Origin: Catajapyx aquilonaris | Taxonomy: Eukaryota | DNA: 64,000 bases | Direction: 5' to 3' | NCBI GenBank assembly: GCA_000934665.2 | Contig: KZ537980.1 | Coordinates: 1 to 64,000, forward strand | Part shown: positions 29,101-42,500 of the stretch, piece after piece | Layout: each line of letters begins with the position of its first letter | How positions within the stretch are numbered: position 1 is the first letter of the stretch | Made by a program: the position numbers and the translations under genes | Notes under the pieces: generated by a model | Told to the model about the DNA's origin: nothing | Seen by the model: only the letters and a program-made list of their open reading frames with translations | Database searches by the model: none

Positions 29101-31687
29101 AGTCCCGCGGCAAGAATTCCGGATTCCTTTGGCCACTCTTTATTACCTAATCTTCCAAAACTTTACCCTTGGTATTTTTATTGCAAAAAAATATAAGGGT
29201 ATGGGAGGGGAGGGGGGGGAGAAGTGGTGGAGTCGTGACAAGTCCTGGGGCCAAAATCAAAACATAATTAGCTGGGATCTGTGAGCGCTGAGGCGGCCTA
29301 TGCTCCCGGCAAACCCTACAATCAATGCTGCCAGATGAAAGGCTCTGCTCGCTGGAACAATTGGAAAATTTAACGCCTGGCGAGCTACTTTCCACGGCTT
29401 GCTTTATGAGCTGTGAAGATGTAATTATCCCCGTAATACTGGGCTCTGGTGAGAACTTTCTGGGTGTGGGGAGGGGGAAAACGTACGCCTCATGTAAATC
29501 CCGGCGTCAGCTTGCAAGGAAGTCCGGACTTCATTATATCAACCCGAAAAGCTAGGTGCAGGAGAGTCGGTTCTTTGATCGACACTTCACCACGGACACG
29601 GAAGCGGTTCATTCATGGGAGACGTGACATGCTTCAAAATAGTCGAAGCGAAGTCAATCCTGTAGTATATATACAGTCCAGAAAAAATATTTGAATCCAT
29701 TCACTGTATAACGTCAGGGAGCTGGTAACGTATACATAACGGACAATGTGAAAGTTTGGTGATGTTTGCAGTGGTAATGTGGGGATATCAAACAAGTTGC
29801 TTCATCCTGTATAATGAAGCGAAACTTCACAAGTTTTAGTTTTTGGCAATTCAGCCATGCAAAAGTATCCTACCGAATTTTGCATAAATTACACACCCAA
29901 CTAGATTAATCCACCGACTTTTGCATGATCTGGATTTGTAATTAAAGTGGGCTTTAAAATTGTCTCATTATACAGGACAGGCAGAGTTAGCGGCTACCAC
30001 CAGACATTTTGCGGATCCTAATTTATGCACTACCGCGGCATACAGGGAAAAAGTATCTCTCAAACCTTGCGTTCGATGTTTCTGACGATTTAAGCTCTAT
30101 TACGGACGTCATCGCATGTACAATTATCTCTATAACAGAACCTAAATTGCGACAATTTCCTCCAACACCGTTTTCACCACCCTATACATATTCAACAGTG
30201 CTCAGTGCTGTCCTAGAAAGTGAGCATGCCCTTCGTGATTCTCAGCCCTTAGACATGTCACCCCTATCTTCTTGTAGAAATCAAGAGTCTACATTTTGAT
30301 ACATGCTTACAAGTTGTGTAGTGTGTCCTTAGATACGACCCTGACTGACACATTTAAGTTTCCTCGTCACGCACTTGGGCTCCCATAGATACACATGTAC
30401 ACAAGGTGCGTACACGAGTCGGAACAAGGACACAATAAGTCTGGCTTCCAAACCTCGCCCTCGAACACATGAATATAACGGGGGCCGAAGACAATGAGCA
30501 TCCGACGTGGACAAAGGATCGGGGGACAGCTGGTTGCGAAAGGTAAAAGGAAGGAGTAGGAGGATGAGACAACCCTCTCCAAGAGTCTGCTAGAAATTCA
30601 TTTCAAGTGAGGATGGGGGAGGGCAAAAGACGGAAGGCGATCTGCCAGCGGCTGTGGTGCCATCACACGACCGGTGCTTCCCCTCGCCAAGAAGTAATAA
30701 TCCGCATCAGCAGCAGAGCAGCATGGCTGTTTGCCTGCGGCATCTGACGGACGGCTACGACCGGAAATGGAGTTGGGTCTCAGCCACAAGATGTCATCTA
30801 GGGCCCCCCCATCCGGTTGCAACCCCAAAACCATCTGCCTTCGGGACTCGGTCGAATTAGCGCATTAGACCTTCTAATGAAGTCCACTAGCCCAGCTGAA
30901 TCAATAAGTTCCTCAGCTTCTGCAGCATGAGGAGAAACACTCACATTACATACTCGGATATCTTCCAACTCACGGTCAACTGCGGAGGATTGATTTCCTT
31001 TCGGCGAAAGTCTGAGGTGATGATGGGGAACGAAGGAGATGTAAACGTTTTAGTGGATGGTTTCCACTTCCACCCCCATCGTTTCTGGCAGCTCCTTCGT
31101 CTTCTGCCGGCACTAAACCCCATTTCCCATGTGCAAAAAGGAAGGTGGAAATCAGCATCCCAGAACAGCCTCTCGGATGGAATTTTTACGCTGGGTCGAC
31201 CGGGCCTTTAAACCTAAATTTTTGACGACGTTTCTGGCGCAAAAGGGCCCGCATTACAACCTCGCCCCGAGTCCAGCATGTGGCGGAGAAGGGCGCAAAT
31301 AAAATTTTTCAAATCACACCCAGTGTGTTCTCTATATTGCTTCCAGGCATCCTCGACCCTAAGAATCGATCCTTTCGACCTACTGGGACCTGCTCTATTT
31401 CTCACCTACCCGTCCCCCCCAAAAAATGCAGTCATACACTTTGTTCCCTCAAGCAACCTGCTGAATATCTCCGTTTGCCGCCAAACGCCAATCAAAAATC
31501 TAGCCGGAAGCAGTGTCGTCGATTTCTCCATAATCTCCATCTCTCCTCCTCAGATTTCATTAACCCCCTAGAAAGCAGCAGTTTGGCATTCCACCTCGTC
31601 AGCCCCCGGAAACTCGCAGCAGAGATTGCCTTCCAGTCAGAAGCGGGGATAAGCAATCATTGCGCCCACTATCAAGTAAAGGACCAT

Positions 31688-31748
31688 GAAGAAGAAGAAA
31701 AAAAATTCGACGAAGAGGAGTCGAAGAAAGAAGAAGAAGAAGAAGAAG
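31688..31748. repeat. Imperfect (GAA)n purine-rich tract
   Basis: gaagaagaagaaaaaaaattcgacgaagaggagtcgaagaaagaagaagaagaagaagaag. Confidence 0.85.
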
Positions 31749-33490
31749 GGGGGGAAAAAAGGCTCATGAAAGAATCCCGTGATTGAAGGCATACTTCCAC
31801 CCAAGTTTTGGGGAACAATTTTCCGCTGGAAAAAATCCAGGCGCGCGCGCGCCCCAGCTTTTCTTTTCTGTGCCGCTCACGGATATTGAAAATCAAGCAG
31901 GAGGAATAACCACAGTTCGAGCAGACTCGGCCTGTAGTTAATTTACTTCAAAGGAATTCTCCCTCCCACTTTCCCAATACCAGAGGGGGGGTAGAGAGAA
32001 GAGATTCGCCCCCTCTCGAAATGAAAGAAACCACATCACACGGAAAAAAATCTCCTCGGACACGTCTCCAGCGCCTGAAGCATTGCACCCTCCCAAAATA
32101 CAAAAGTCGAATTTTCAACCGGGGGGTTTAATTGCCTGCTTCAAAGTCAGGCGTTTAATTGTATCTCAGACGAGTTTTATTGTTCGAAACTCCGCGCTTA
32201 TCTGTCCAGGGTTATAAGGCCCGGAATTACGTCCAATTTCAAGAATGCGCGCCTTTCCGAAACAGCAGTTGTCATTTACTGTTTCCTTTGTGTCATTCAG
32301 CTGTCGTTTTTGGACGGCTGTCAAGCCAAGTCTTGTGTACAATACTATTGTGCGTAAATCAACTTCCTTCCATTTGGGCATTATGCAGAAAAGAAATTAG
32401 GTCCCCCCCCTGAGATGAAAGTGAAAGTTTGGCGAGCTTAAAATTCCTTGGAGGAGAGCCATACCTGCTAACTGTGACTTCCTGATTCAGCCGTAAAGTT
32501 AGAGGGGGTCTTTGTGGTCCTTTGATCTCTAGTGTGACAATGAGCTCCATTCTGCATGATCGGTGAAAGACGGGGCCCGTCACGGACACGTCCTCTTCTC
32601 TCCACTTACGACAAACCAACCGCAAAGAAAGGTCCTTTTCTCCCTCTCTTTCCTTTCTCCATCGAAATCACACACCCAATACCTTCGTTAGCAGACCAAA
32701 ATAAAGGCTTCCTTCAAATCCCACTATATAGGCCCTATCCTCGACATCGACAAAAAAAGTAGAGCTAGTCAGTAATAGCAATCACACGTACAAAGAGAAG
32801 CCTAGAGTGCCATGTAGTAGCGTGACATGTACCGCTTTGCAAATATCATTAACAATATTATTTCGCTTATCTTCCCATAATCAGCCTGGCTGCTTTTTGT
32901 GCTTGTTTAGTTTAACAGGGCTCGCGGAAAGCAAATAAATAATATAACTGTTGCGGAATGAGCAGCATAATATGAACTGTAGCCTTAGTAACAAACTGAT
33001 CCCATTTAAAAAATGCAAACATTGCAAACTTGACCACATCTCCCTGTACACAGTTACAGTAATGTCGGCAGCACTGAAATCAGTAAAAAAATTAAATCCC
33101 CCCTTGGTCGCGTTCAAATATTTAAGTGCTAAAGGTACAGGCAGGTGTCCAACCTTTTTTTAAAGGTGTCCAAACTCAGATTTTACTGCTGTAGACGTGA
33201 GAAAGCAATCAAAAGATAGCATCCCCTGACTGTCAGGATATTTTTTTCTCTCTCTCAGGAGCCTCAGTTTGGCCAAAAAGCTCGTTGGCTTCATCCTAGA
33301 AACGCCTCATCCGCCAAACTACTCTCAGCCATAACCACAGCCAACATTTCCCATGAGGCAACTCGTTTTCTGGCCCCAGTGCTCGACTTTCACCGGCCAC
33401 TAGTTATCTCTTCTTCCGTATTTAGGCCAAATCTGATGGAGGAAAAGGGGATGGGAAGGGAGGCCAAAAAATGTGAGAAAAATCCCTTAC

Positions 33491-33583
33491 CTTGAGTGGA
33501 AGCTGAGGCCACTTCTTCTTCCTCTTTTGGTAGCGTTCCTCAAATGTGCTGTCCCAGTACTCCTTCGTTTTCATCCACGATGG
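33491..33583 (-). CDS. alpha-Man-IIb: Second coding exon of the same alpha-mannosidase (PSWMKTKEYWDSTFEERYQKRKKKWPQLPLK)
   Basis: Minus strand reads ttgcAG|CCA TCG TGG ATG AAA ACG AAG GAG TAC TGG GAC ... CCA CTC AAG|GTAAGG. Canonical acceptor and donor, 93 nt = 31 codons, phase 0 at both ends, in frame with exon 1. Gives ...FDFQ|PSWMKTKEYWD...PLK, which in this family immediately precedes the GH38 VIVVPHSHNDPGW motif. Confidence 0.92.
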
Positions 33584-36500
33584 CTGCAATTAAGGGAGTC
33601 TCCTTTAATTATACAGCCCAATCTGTGCTATATCACATTCTCAAAACTCAATCCCCCCCTAGCAGCCCCCATTTTCTCTGAAAAATTTTAAGGCAAGGCT
33701 CCTTCTGTTTGCTTCTTCTTCGAACACGAACGTAGAAGGGGGGAAAAAGTTGAGGGGGAAGTTTATCAAGCCTTGCAGACATTCATTCATCTTACGCAGT
33801 TTGCATAGAAGCCATCTTCCCCTTGTGCACAAAGCCCTTTCGTTTGGTCCAACTGAGAGGTAGGGACGGGGGAGGGAACACTCCTCATTTGAAAAATAAA
33901 CCAGCGGCAAATGCTGGAGAAATTGGAATGCCTTTCAGACAAACCACGTTTCAGCCCATTGTTATGGGCGAAAATAAAATTCAGAAGCGCACTTTAACGC
34001 ACGGTATTCTTCACCTAATACTCGTACGATGTCGGCTAATCACTTAAGACGTTATGAAAATAGGATTACAGGCGGATACCAGATATAACGTGTTTTTAAA
34101 CATCTAGGGCTGCGTTTTGACATTGACGACGAGATGAGGAAGTATAGAGCGGCCCTACAAAAATCGCGAATGTAGCGGCACTGCTTGTCCAGAATGGTTT
34201 CCGTCCAGTGAACTTCCGTTATGAACAGGATAAAAATCTGCGCCGCAGTCGTGTGTAACTCGAGCAACTCCCTCTTATCTCGCCGATCCCATTTTTTGCA
34301 TAAAAATATGAGTACACCCCTGATGGATCTTCTCTGAAATCAGGGGGGGAGGAAAGGAGGGCTTTATACATTCAACGTCAATAAGCCCTAAGCTTTTTTT
34401 TGCGCATGATTTAAATATCAGATTGTTGCGATATATACGGAAGCAGGATATTAGGCGAGAATAAAAGCGCGGAGATTATGCAGCGAACCCTTTTTGGAAT
34501 GATAAAGTTCATTTTACGTCCACATTCGTGTAATTCAGCAGCTGGATTTTAGAAAGGTAATGGGAAAGTGATATACTGCACTGGTCAGAGGAAACACATG
34601 GCTTGTAGACCTATATGCACATTCGCCAGCTCTAAAGTGTGTTAAAATCATCTGCAGCTACCACAGTAAACATTGTAGCAGTGTAAACAGTGAAACAGTG
34701 TAGCTGGAGTAAAATTCAGAGATTCCCTGAATTCTCTGCACAGGTTAAACATAGCAACATACCAAGTTTAAACAACCTCATGCACTGAACGTGTACAGTA
34801 TTATAGGGTGAAAATTCGCAGCAGCACAGAGTCAAGAGCCACAGAGTAATAATCCGCTTGAAAAAACTAGGTCACAATATTCCCAAAGTAAATTACAGTA
34901 ATCTTATCATGGTCAATGCCAGTGCTCTAGTCTCCAGGTTAATCCAACCGTACTATGCATAAGCATTTACCTGAACCAGAATGTCACCTGTTGACAACAC
35001 TACTTGCGATTCGAATTAATGAGACATACTTTGCACTCCCTGCAGACCTGCTTAAAACGCACAACAACTAGCAATCAATCAGATAAGCAATAATTCCCCA
35101 ACTCTATTCCCCTTTCCCAAAATTGTGCGGTTTTTATACAAATCAGGTCCTCAAACACAGGCCAGATTATTTTGGGGGCGTAATCCTCTCGCTCGACTGT
35201 TCTGAGGATAAAATTCCGTCGCACAGTCGTCTCATTATAGGCTTCAGTGTTTGAATCCGGGATTTGTCCAGGAATGACTGTGCTCGTTTTTCATCGTCAT
35301 CCGCAGCATCGTTCTGTGTAGTCGTGAGGCCCAGGCCCCCGATGATTCATTTCCATGTTTCAACCTGCACGTCTTTTCCCACAGCCTCATTTCGGTCCTT
35401 CTCTGGAACTGGCCAGCTGTTTCCCCAAGCCTGATTCCACCGATTCGCAAACGCGAACAGCTGACGGCCGACGGATATGCATTTATCTGAACCGTTATGA
35501 AAATATGAATCCTAAGCCTATACGTCCTGTAGCCATGTTTCAGGGGATTTGCCGGATAATTGCGACACTGCCACACACCCACACACCCTCCCCTTGCTGA
35601 AATCCTGCTTCCCAAATCACGTTAGCTTTTTATATATCCATTCCCGACCCCCCCTCCACGTGATAATACACTAGACATTGCTGGCTGCCGTTAAGCTACT
35701 CTTGACAAAGAAGAAATGGGGTTACGAAAAGAGCTTTCAGGGAGACAAGGAGAAAGTGCCAGGGATTAAAACTGTCGTCTTCATCCTCTAGAATTCAATT
35801 ACCATGAAACTTCTTTTTTTTGCAGCTCTTCTTCCACGCACCTCCTATAGGACCATGTAATTACATCGTCAGTTGAACCTGCATAAATCGATGGGACAGA
35901 CCGCGCCCTTTTTCTCTACTCAGGCAGAGGATCACCGATACTTGAAATTGCTCTGCTGCCAGACACCGGAGGCAAAAACGATCCAAGTGTCCCACAGTCA
36001 GTCCCTACTCGTTACCAAATAGAGCGCAATAATACAGTAAGCGACAGGTATTGCTCAGGGCTGATGTACCGTATAATTGTATCGGTTATTTCACTGTGGG
36101 TTCATCAAATCCGGGCCCTATTCATTATGACAAGAGTTCACTGTAAATAACTGTCCCTGGCCGGTTAATATACCTTCATGAATGTTTCAATTACAACCAA
36201 TTAGCCCACAATACGCATTAGGCTGACAAATCATAAATATTGAATAACCAGTATTAAGGTGAGGGATTGTTACTGTAGCCCGCGTCAATTTGATATGCAC
36301 TGGCGCTGAAAAATACGGGGATTCATTGGTGCAAAATCCAAATAAAATGGGTCCATTTTTGCAAAAAATATCGGAGCCTGCTTTGAACGCTTCCGAATGC
36401 CGCGAATCCCCTTTTCAAACTGTGATAGCTAGTCAATGGCTGAAGCGATATTATCAATACCGTATTTTATATCGCGTCAATTAATTAATTTACGAGGCCC

Positions 36501-39500
36501 TAACAGCATTTTGCATTTGCGGAAATGTTTCCCACATATCACGCGGAGATCCACGCAGTCCAAATTGCCATCGTTTTATAGAGTCATGCACCATAAACAC
36601 ATATATATCCCCCTTTGAAATTCCAGCAATTATTTTATTGTACACGCGTCCAGAACGGGGCCCTTTAAATGCTAAAACAGCCCTTGCGGAAAAAAAGGTG
36701 AAAGAACCCGTTCTGAATGCCGTTTTTTTTATATATCTTCCTCCACTATATTATGAACCAAAAAAGGCCATATCAACTCCCAGCGATCTCTCTTAACTAC
36801 ATAGATCCCCACCTACCGGTTTGAACTAAATGCATTGTGTCAATATGGGATCAAGGACCTCTTGCTCAGTTTAGTGTGTCGTTACCGCGTGTTGTATATT
36901 GTACGCAGCCCCATCCAGTTCCACAGAAAGAGAGGCTCTCATGCGTAAAAGCACGCAAAGCTATTCACACATACGGACACATACCGAAATGTACGTTTGC
37001 AGATGCCACAAAGGCACTCTTGCCTACACTTTTCCTTTCAGCGGGCTTGTACTGCGCTAACTTCCCAACCCCAAAAGCGATAAAAAAAAAGCTTCCATCA
37101 CTTGTATAGTATGTGTAGTCGCATGTCTATCAATCTAATGAAATGATAACGCCCATCTAATTATAACCTAGCCTCGATACATAAATGATAATTTGTGCAA
37201 ACCCTCGCTTTTGACACATTTACATGGTCGCATCAAAAATAACTACATGGCTAATTTCTGGAAATTTGCATTTTTTTGAAGGGCAACAATGTCTGTCCCC
37301 CGGAACCTTGCCAACAAACATTAACGATGCATGCCTAATTCAGGGTTAGTTTTGGTCGGTTCTGCACAAATAATGCGGAAGCGGTTATAATCCATCGACA
37401 AATACAACCACCAATATGCACAAATATGGAGATTGCAAAGCGATCCGTTGTTCATCATTTCCAAACAACATATTTATCAATGATACAGGGTTAGTGTTTT
37501 TAAAGCCGTTGGATTATGGCTTCCGTTGATGTTTATATAAAACATTCAACCAATGCGATGGTGGCTCTAATCCACTCAACGTAAAATCTGATTAATGTGA
37601 AGCATTAACTTTTAGCGGACAGGGAGGCACACATGTTATGGCATAAGGCTTCCCATATGACCAAATCTGAAAAACACCGCATCTCACATAAAACGTGTTA
37701 ATATTTATCAACTGGGTTACAGTCAACATGAAATTTTTAATTAAAAACTGATGCACATTTGCACACTAAATCACAGCAGATATTACATAATGTATATTCA
37801 GCCTTAGAAAACAGCAAGTCTTCAATAGTTACATTATTGATATATTTGCAATTAACGGTTGCCGAACAGGACATTATAAAACTGTAATTTAAAGGCTTCT
37901 GTCATTAGCGGTACTAAAATAAGTTGCTCGCGACAACCAGAGGGGCAAAAAAAATATTTTTTGTGCAATTCAGAAGGTCGATTTCCCGCAGTGACAGCTT
38001 TCAAAAAGATTAAATTTTCCATGAAAGAGTATAGTAACATGTGAAGCCAACAATGGTGACCCACTTTCATTTCTTAATGGAAGTGGATAGTCTGGGAAAA
38101 ATCACAGCAGCACTTTTTTTGTGGTCGTGTGTAAAGTGCGGTAATAAATCACGGATGCCAAATCTTGGACCAAATCCCACAAACTGGTGAGGTTCAACCA
38201 TTCGAAATTATTCCCCAGTTGTCGGCTCGCAGATTACACTCCGCGACTATATTATTGCACAGCCGGACATTTCCATTTATTGGCGATAATCCTTCCTGGT
38301 GCCATTATATACCCCCTCCTGCAAGTGGCACTGCAGTTGCACACTGTACGGCACGTTTTTCCTACATTTCTGCTGGGAATTTACTGTGCTGCACAGTCAC
38401 ACTCTCCCAAAAAAAATTGTCCCCATGTGCTGACGACCACGGCATCGATTCGCTGTCCATTTGATTGACGCTGTAAAAAAAAAACTAAGCTCGGTTGCAT
38501 TTCCCACAAAATTAAATCCCACAAAATCCTGAGAATGTTCGCTCAGGGAAAATTGTTCCCAGAAATCCGAACCCAGGCAAAGGTAGTGGTTAAAGACACA
38601 TGTGCTGATTTTCCCCTGAACTAGACACGCTTCCTAACCTGGTTCGTGGCCCTCTCTTTTTTTTTCCAGTCCATGTTTTTTCCCCTGGTTTTGAGCAGAA
38701 CAGGGCTCATGATTACACACGTAACACCACGGCCAGTATGTGTTTGTATGATTGGAAATGGAGCTCTGTGCACGTGACAATTCCAATTAGTACAGCGTTC
38801 CTAGGATTTATGGACGCAGCGTGATTGTGGCCGACTCGAAACAAGACTAATTCGGTACATTGTCATGTGTCGCAATTATGGCACCGCATCTGCTTGTTTT
38901 GACAGAAACTACTGTCTATAGCCCTTCCCCCATCGATCCTATTGGTTTTGACATTCCCTCAGTTTTTGAAAACGTCAAAACAAACTCTTCAACCCCCACT
39001 GAATTATGAAAATGGGTGCACTTTTGACTATATATACCCCCCGCACATATTTATGTAAGGCTTTTAGCAAATCATATGCATAATCCAGATGTGACTGCGA
39101 GCAGAGGTAGGATCCCCATTGCCTGGAGTAACCCAGGTGATTCTGTAAGCCGAACTGGCGGTTGGATTCTCCAGGGAGCCTTGCAAGAGGAGCTTTGGGA
39201 CCGTCCCAAGGCAAAGGCATGAAGGTAAAGAAATGGGGAGCCGTAAGAAAGGAGCTGGTCTGGGGGATTAGGGAGTGCGGAAGAGGCACGAACATCAGTC
39301 AGCAAGCAAATAGCAAGCCTATCACATCACCCAAAGGCCGATTCCTAAGTTTGTTAGAGGAAGATCACCACTCTTTTTCCTTCAAACTAAGCCCACCTAT
39401 TCTACGGGGGAAAAAACACCCGCATTTTTCAGTGTCCGGTAGGCTGATAGGAAATGGCGGAGATATGTCCTGGGTGGGTCCCCTGACGTTGACCCCAAGG

Positions 39501-42500
39501 TGGGGATTGGGTCCCCCCCTTTCGCCATTTATTAGTGCTTGGGTTCAATGGCCACTGATTGAGGATGTCGCATCCTGCATATAGGAGGTCGTTACTGACC
39601 TGGGACTAGTCGGTGCAAATCATCCCCGGTCGCATTTCTGAAGGGAGGGAGATATGTCTCCTTGACAGCTGCTTAATTCCGGGATTCGGCAGTGACAATG
39701 CGGGGCATTGTTCCGGGGAGGCCCCTTGGGAATGTGCTAATGACGGCGATGGTTAATAGGTGTAACCGTCCTGACACTTCGGATCGATATGTGGGCCACT
39801 CCGGACCGACTTTGCAGCTCCTGTAAAAGTGATCTTCCTCCGCCGCCATGATGCCAGCCCGAGCGAATCGATGGGAATAAAATGAGCTCGATAAGAAGAG
39901 GGATGGTGTCTGCAGTAAAGAGTTGAGTCTTTAAGAGCAGATCTGCTCCCTTGACAACCAGTGACAGTTCCTCCTCATCCCACATTATGGATGATTTGGC
40001 TTACGCAGCCTCCCTCTGGACCCATCTCATTCCGCCTCCCTCTCTCTTCCAACTTCCTTCCAAGCAGAGGCCTATACAGCACCTATAATAAGCCCTCTCT
40101 GCTGGCTCACAGAATCAAATCAATTTTCCCTTCTAGCGACAACAATGGACCCCCCCATGTCGAGCTAGGAGGCATTATTTCCTCCAAATTCCTGCGGCTA
40201 ATTCTCCGGGTATCGTTATCTCACGCACTGCCAGCATATACATTATTTTGGTCAACATTGCTGGCCATATCTGCACCTTTGGGATATTCTTGTGGTCACG
40301 TACAGGTGAATTTAATTATCCGGAATTTCCTTGCATGCTGAGGCAGCCTATAGCCGACCAGCTCAAACAAAACGTCCGTGTCGAGGAGGAATAAAAGAGC
40401 AGCAATATTTCAAAAAAAAAATGTCTAAAGAGGAATGGAAGCTGTGCTTCTTCTTTTTCGCCCCCTTCTTCCATTCTGTGGGCCCTGTTTGCTCGGAACC
40501 TTCGGTGTTGACCCAATGGCGAAGGAAGAACAAACCGCTCCTGGTTCCGGAATGGTTATCGGCTACGTTCCAACCAAGCCAATTTCTCCAAGAACAAACA
40601 CGAAGCTAACCCTCGAGACTATACCAGCCTGAAAACCCCCCTGCACACTTCCTACATATATCCCGCAAATCTCATGCAAAATATGCAGTGTTACGCTGAT
40701 GCTTTTGTTATTCTTCGGGTTCTTGGACTTCCAGACCCGGCTCAGTTTTCCCATTGCCAAACTATATGAATATTCCATTTAGCAGCAATATTCGATCACT
40801 AACCTTGAGGTCAGCCCATGTATATACTGTATACGCACTTTGCCAATAACCCCGCAGGCCACTTCTTAGAATGCAAAAAAAACTGGCTGTATATATTCGC
40901 GGCGTTCCGTAACTCTCTCCAAGCGGATATACCTGCGATGCCATGTGCCAGTGCATTACAGCGCAATTTCACCGCGGTCGCCTCATATAATGCGGTCCTT
41001 TCTGCATTTATACGTCGGACGCAGCGGCAACATCCGACGAGCGAGAGCAGCCAGTGTTAATAACTGGCTTTAAAGATTACACAAGTCGTTCAGTGGGCAT
41101 GTTTACTCGTTGTTAATAAAGGAATAGCAGGGGTAATTCGACACAAAGTACGCACTTGATGGGTTGTAAACAGAAATCCGGGGCGCCTTGGATAATCGAT
41201 GCGTATTATGCAGTTGGATATACGCGTTTGCTGCTGTGTTATACACTAGCCAAGCAGAGAACCACAACTTCTATTGGCAAGAAATGCAAGTTGGTTGGCC
41301 TCTATAATCTGCCTGTAGCATGCGCCATCAGCAGCTATTTAAATGCGCAATCATGCTGTGACCCGTGACGCTGCAAATAAGCCGTTTCAACTCGGAAATA
41401 TCCACAACTCTCCCGTGAGGGCCTGTATATTCAAGGGCCATGTGCACACTCTGCTGCCTGTCTGCCCCGACTGCCAACCACTATAAACACAAGGGGGGGG
41501 ACCTCAAACAAATGTGCGCGTCTCTTAAAATGCTCTCTTTTGGACCAGCCAGCGGCAGATCGGGTTTAGACCTGGCCCAACCGGATCTACTTACAAGTGC
41601 ACTGACCCAATTCACCGGGTACTAATTCTAGTGGTCGTGTTCTTCCAGTACGTTTGCTTGCGACTTCTCAGCTTGTCAGGCACTTTGGGTAGAAAACCAG
41701 CAGAGGCTCGGGAGGCGTCAGAAAGAAGTGGTTATGTTTATTTACATTTTACAAGAGCCTGCCGGAACTTCCTGGGAGATATTAAAGTTGCGAAGAACAA
41801 ATTAGATGCGCAAGTTTAACACTGCAGCAATTAGTACCAGCTGCACTTAGCAACATTCTTTCAAAACAAAAGGTCCAATTTTTTAAATGTAACTGCTAGA
41901 AATTCTTGAATCTACCGTATCCTACCTGTACTGTGTCTAGTACGAAAATGTAATGAGCAATTACGGAGTAAGAGTAATTTGATGTTCAGCCTTTACTTGC
42001 GAAAACTAAGCAGCTCGCTAAGCAGAAAATCAATGGCCTTTAGAATTCCGGTTTCCTCCTGCACCACTAGCCATCCTATGCGTCTCGACTGCACAGCATG
42101 AAAGTCGATTTTCTGGAGCCTTGCCTTCGGTTTTTGTTTTCCTCCGGTAACATGTAAACTTCCCGACAAACTGAAATTTTGCGTGTGTAGCGCATTCTAT
42201 GCCGTTATGCAGTTCGCTGAATGTACGGTGCGCCTATTGTTACTTCCCTGTATACACGACTCGACAACAAGGAATCCTATAAGATGATAGAATGGGAAGA
42301 CTTCCTGTAAAGAAACACAGTACGATGCAAGCTATATTCAAGCCATATCAAAGCTGATATACCTATTGGGTGTTTTGAATAATGAAAATTCATTCTACGG
42401 CATACTACAGTAAGACGATTATAACCACATAAAATCTAGGAGAAATGCATTGAATTCCGTCAGACAGAAATCTCTGCTATATGTATAGGTGTCTGGAAGT

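Larger units (their letters stand above)
1..33490 (-). other. Long intron after exon 2 (at least 33.5 kb, probably continues past the window start)
   Basis: Starts at a GTAAGG donor. A by-eye search for the expected next-exon codons (PHSH, HNDPGW, WLK) on the minus strand found no match in 1-33490. Confidence 0.65.

Noticed and set aside
31280..31786. 168-aa ORF with an acidic E/K-rich tail
   Set aside because: The tail is just the translation of the GAA repeat; no other coding signal.
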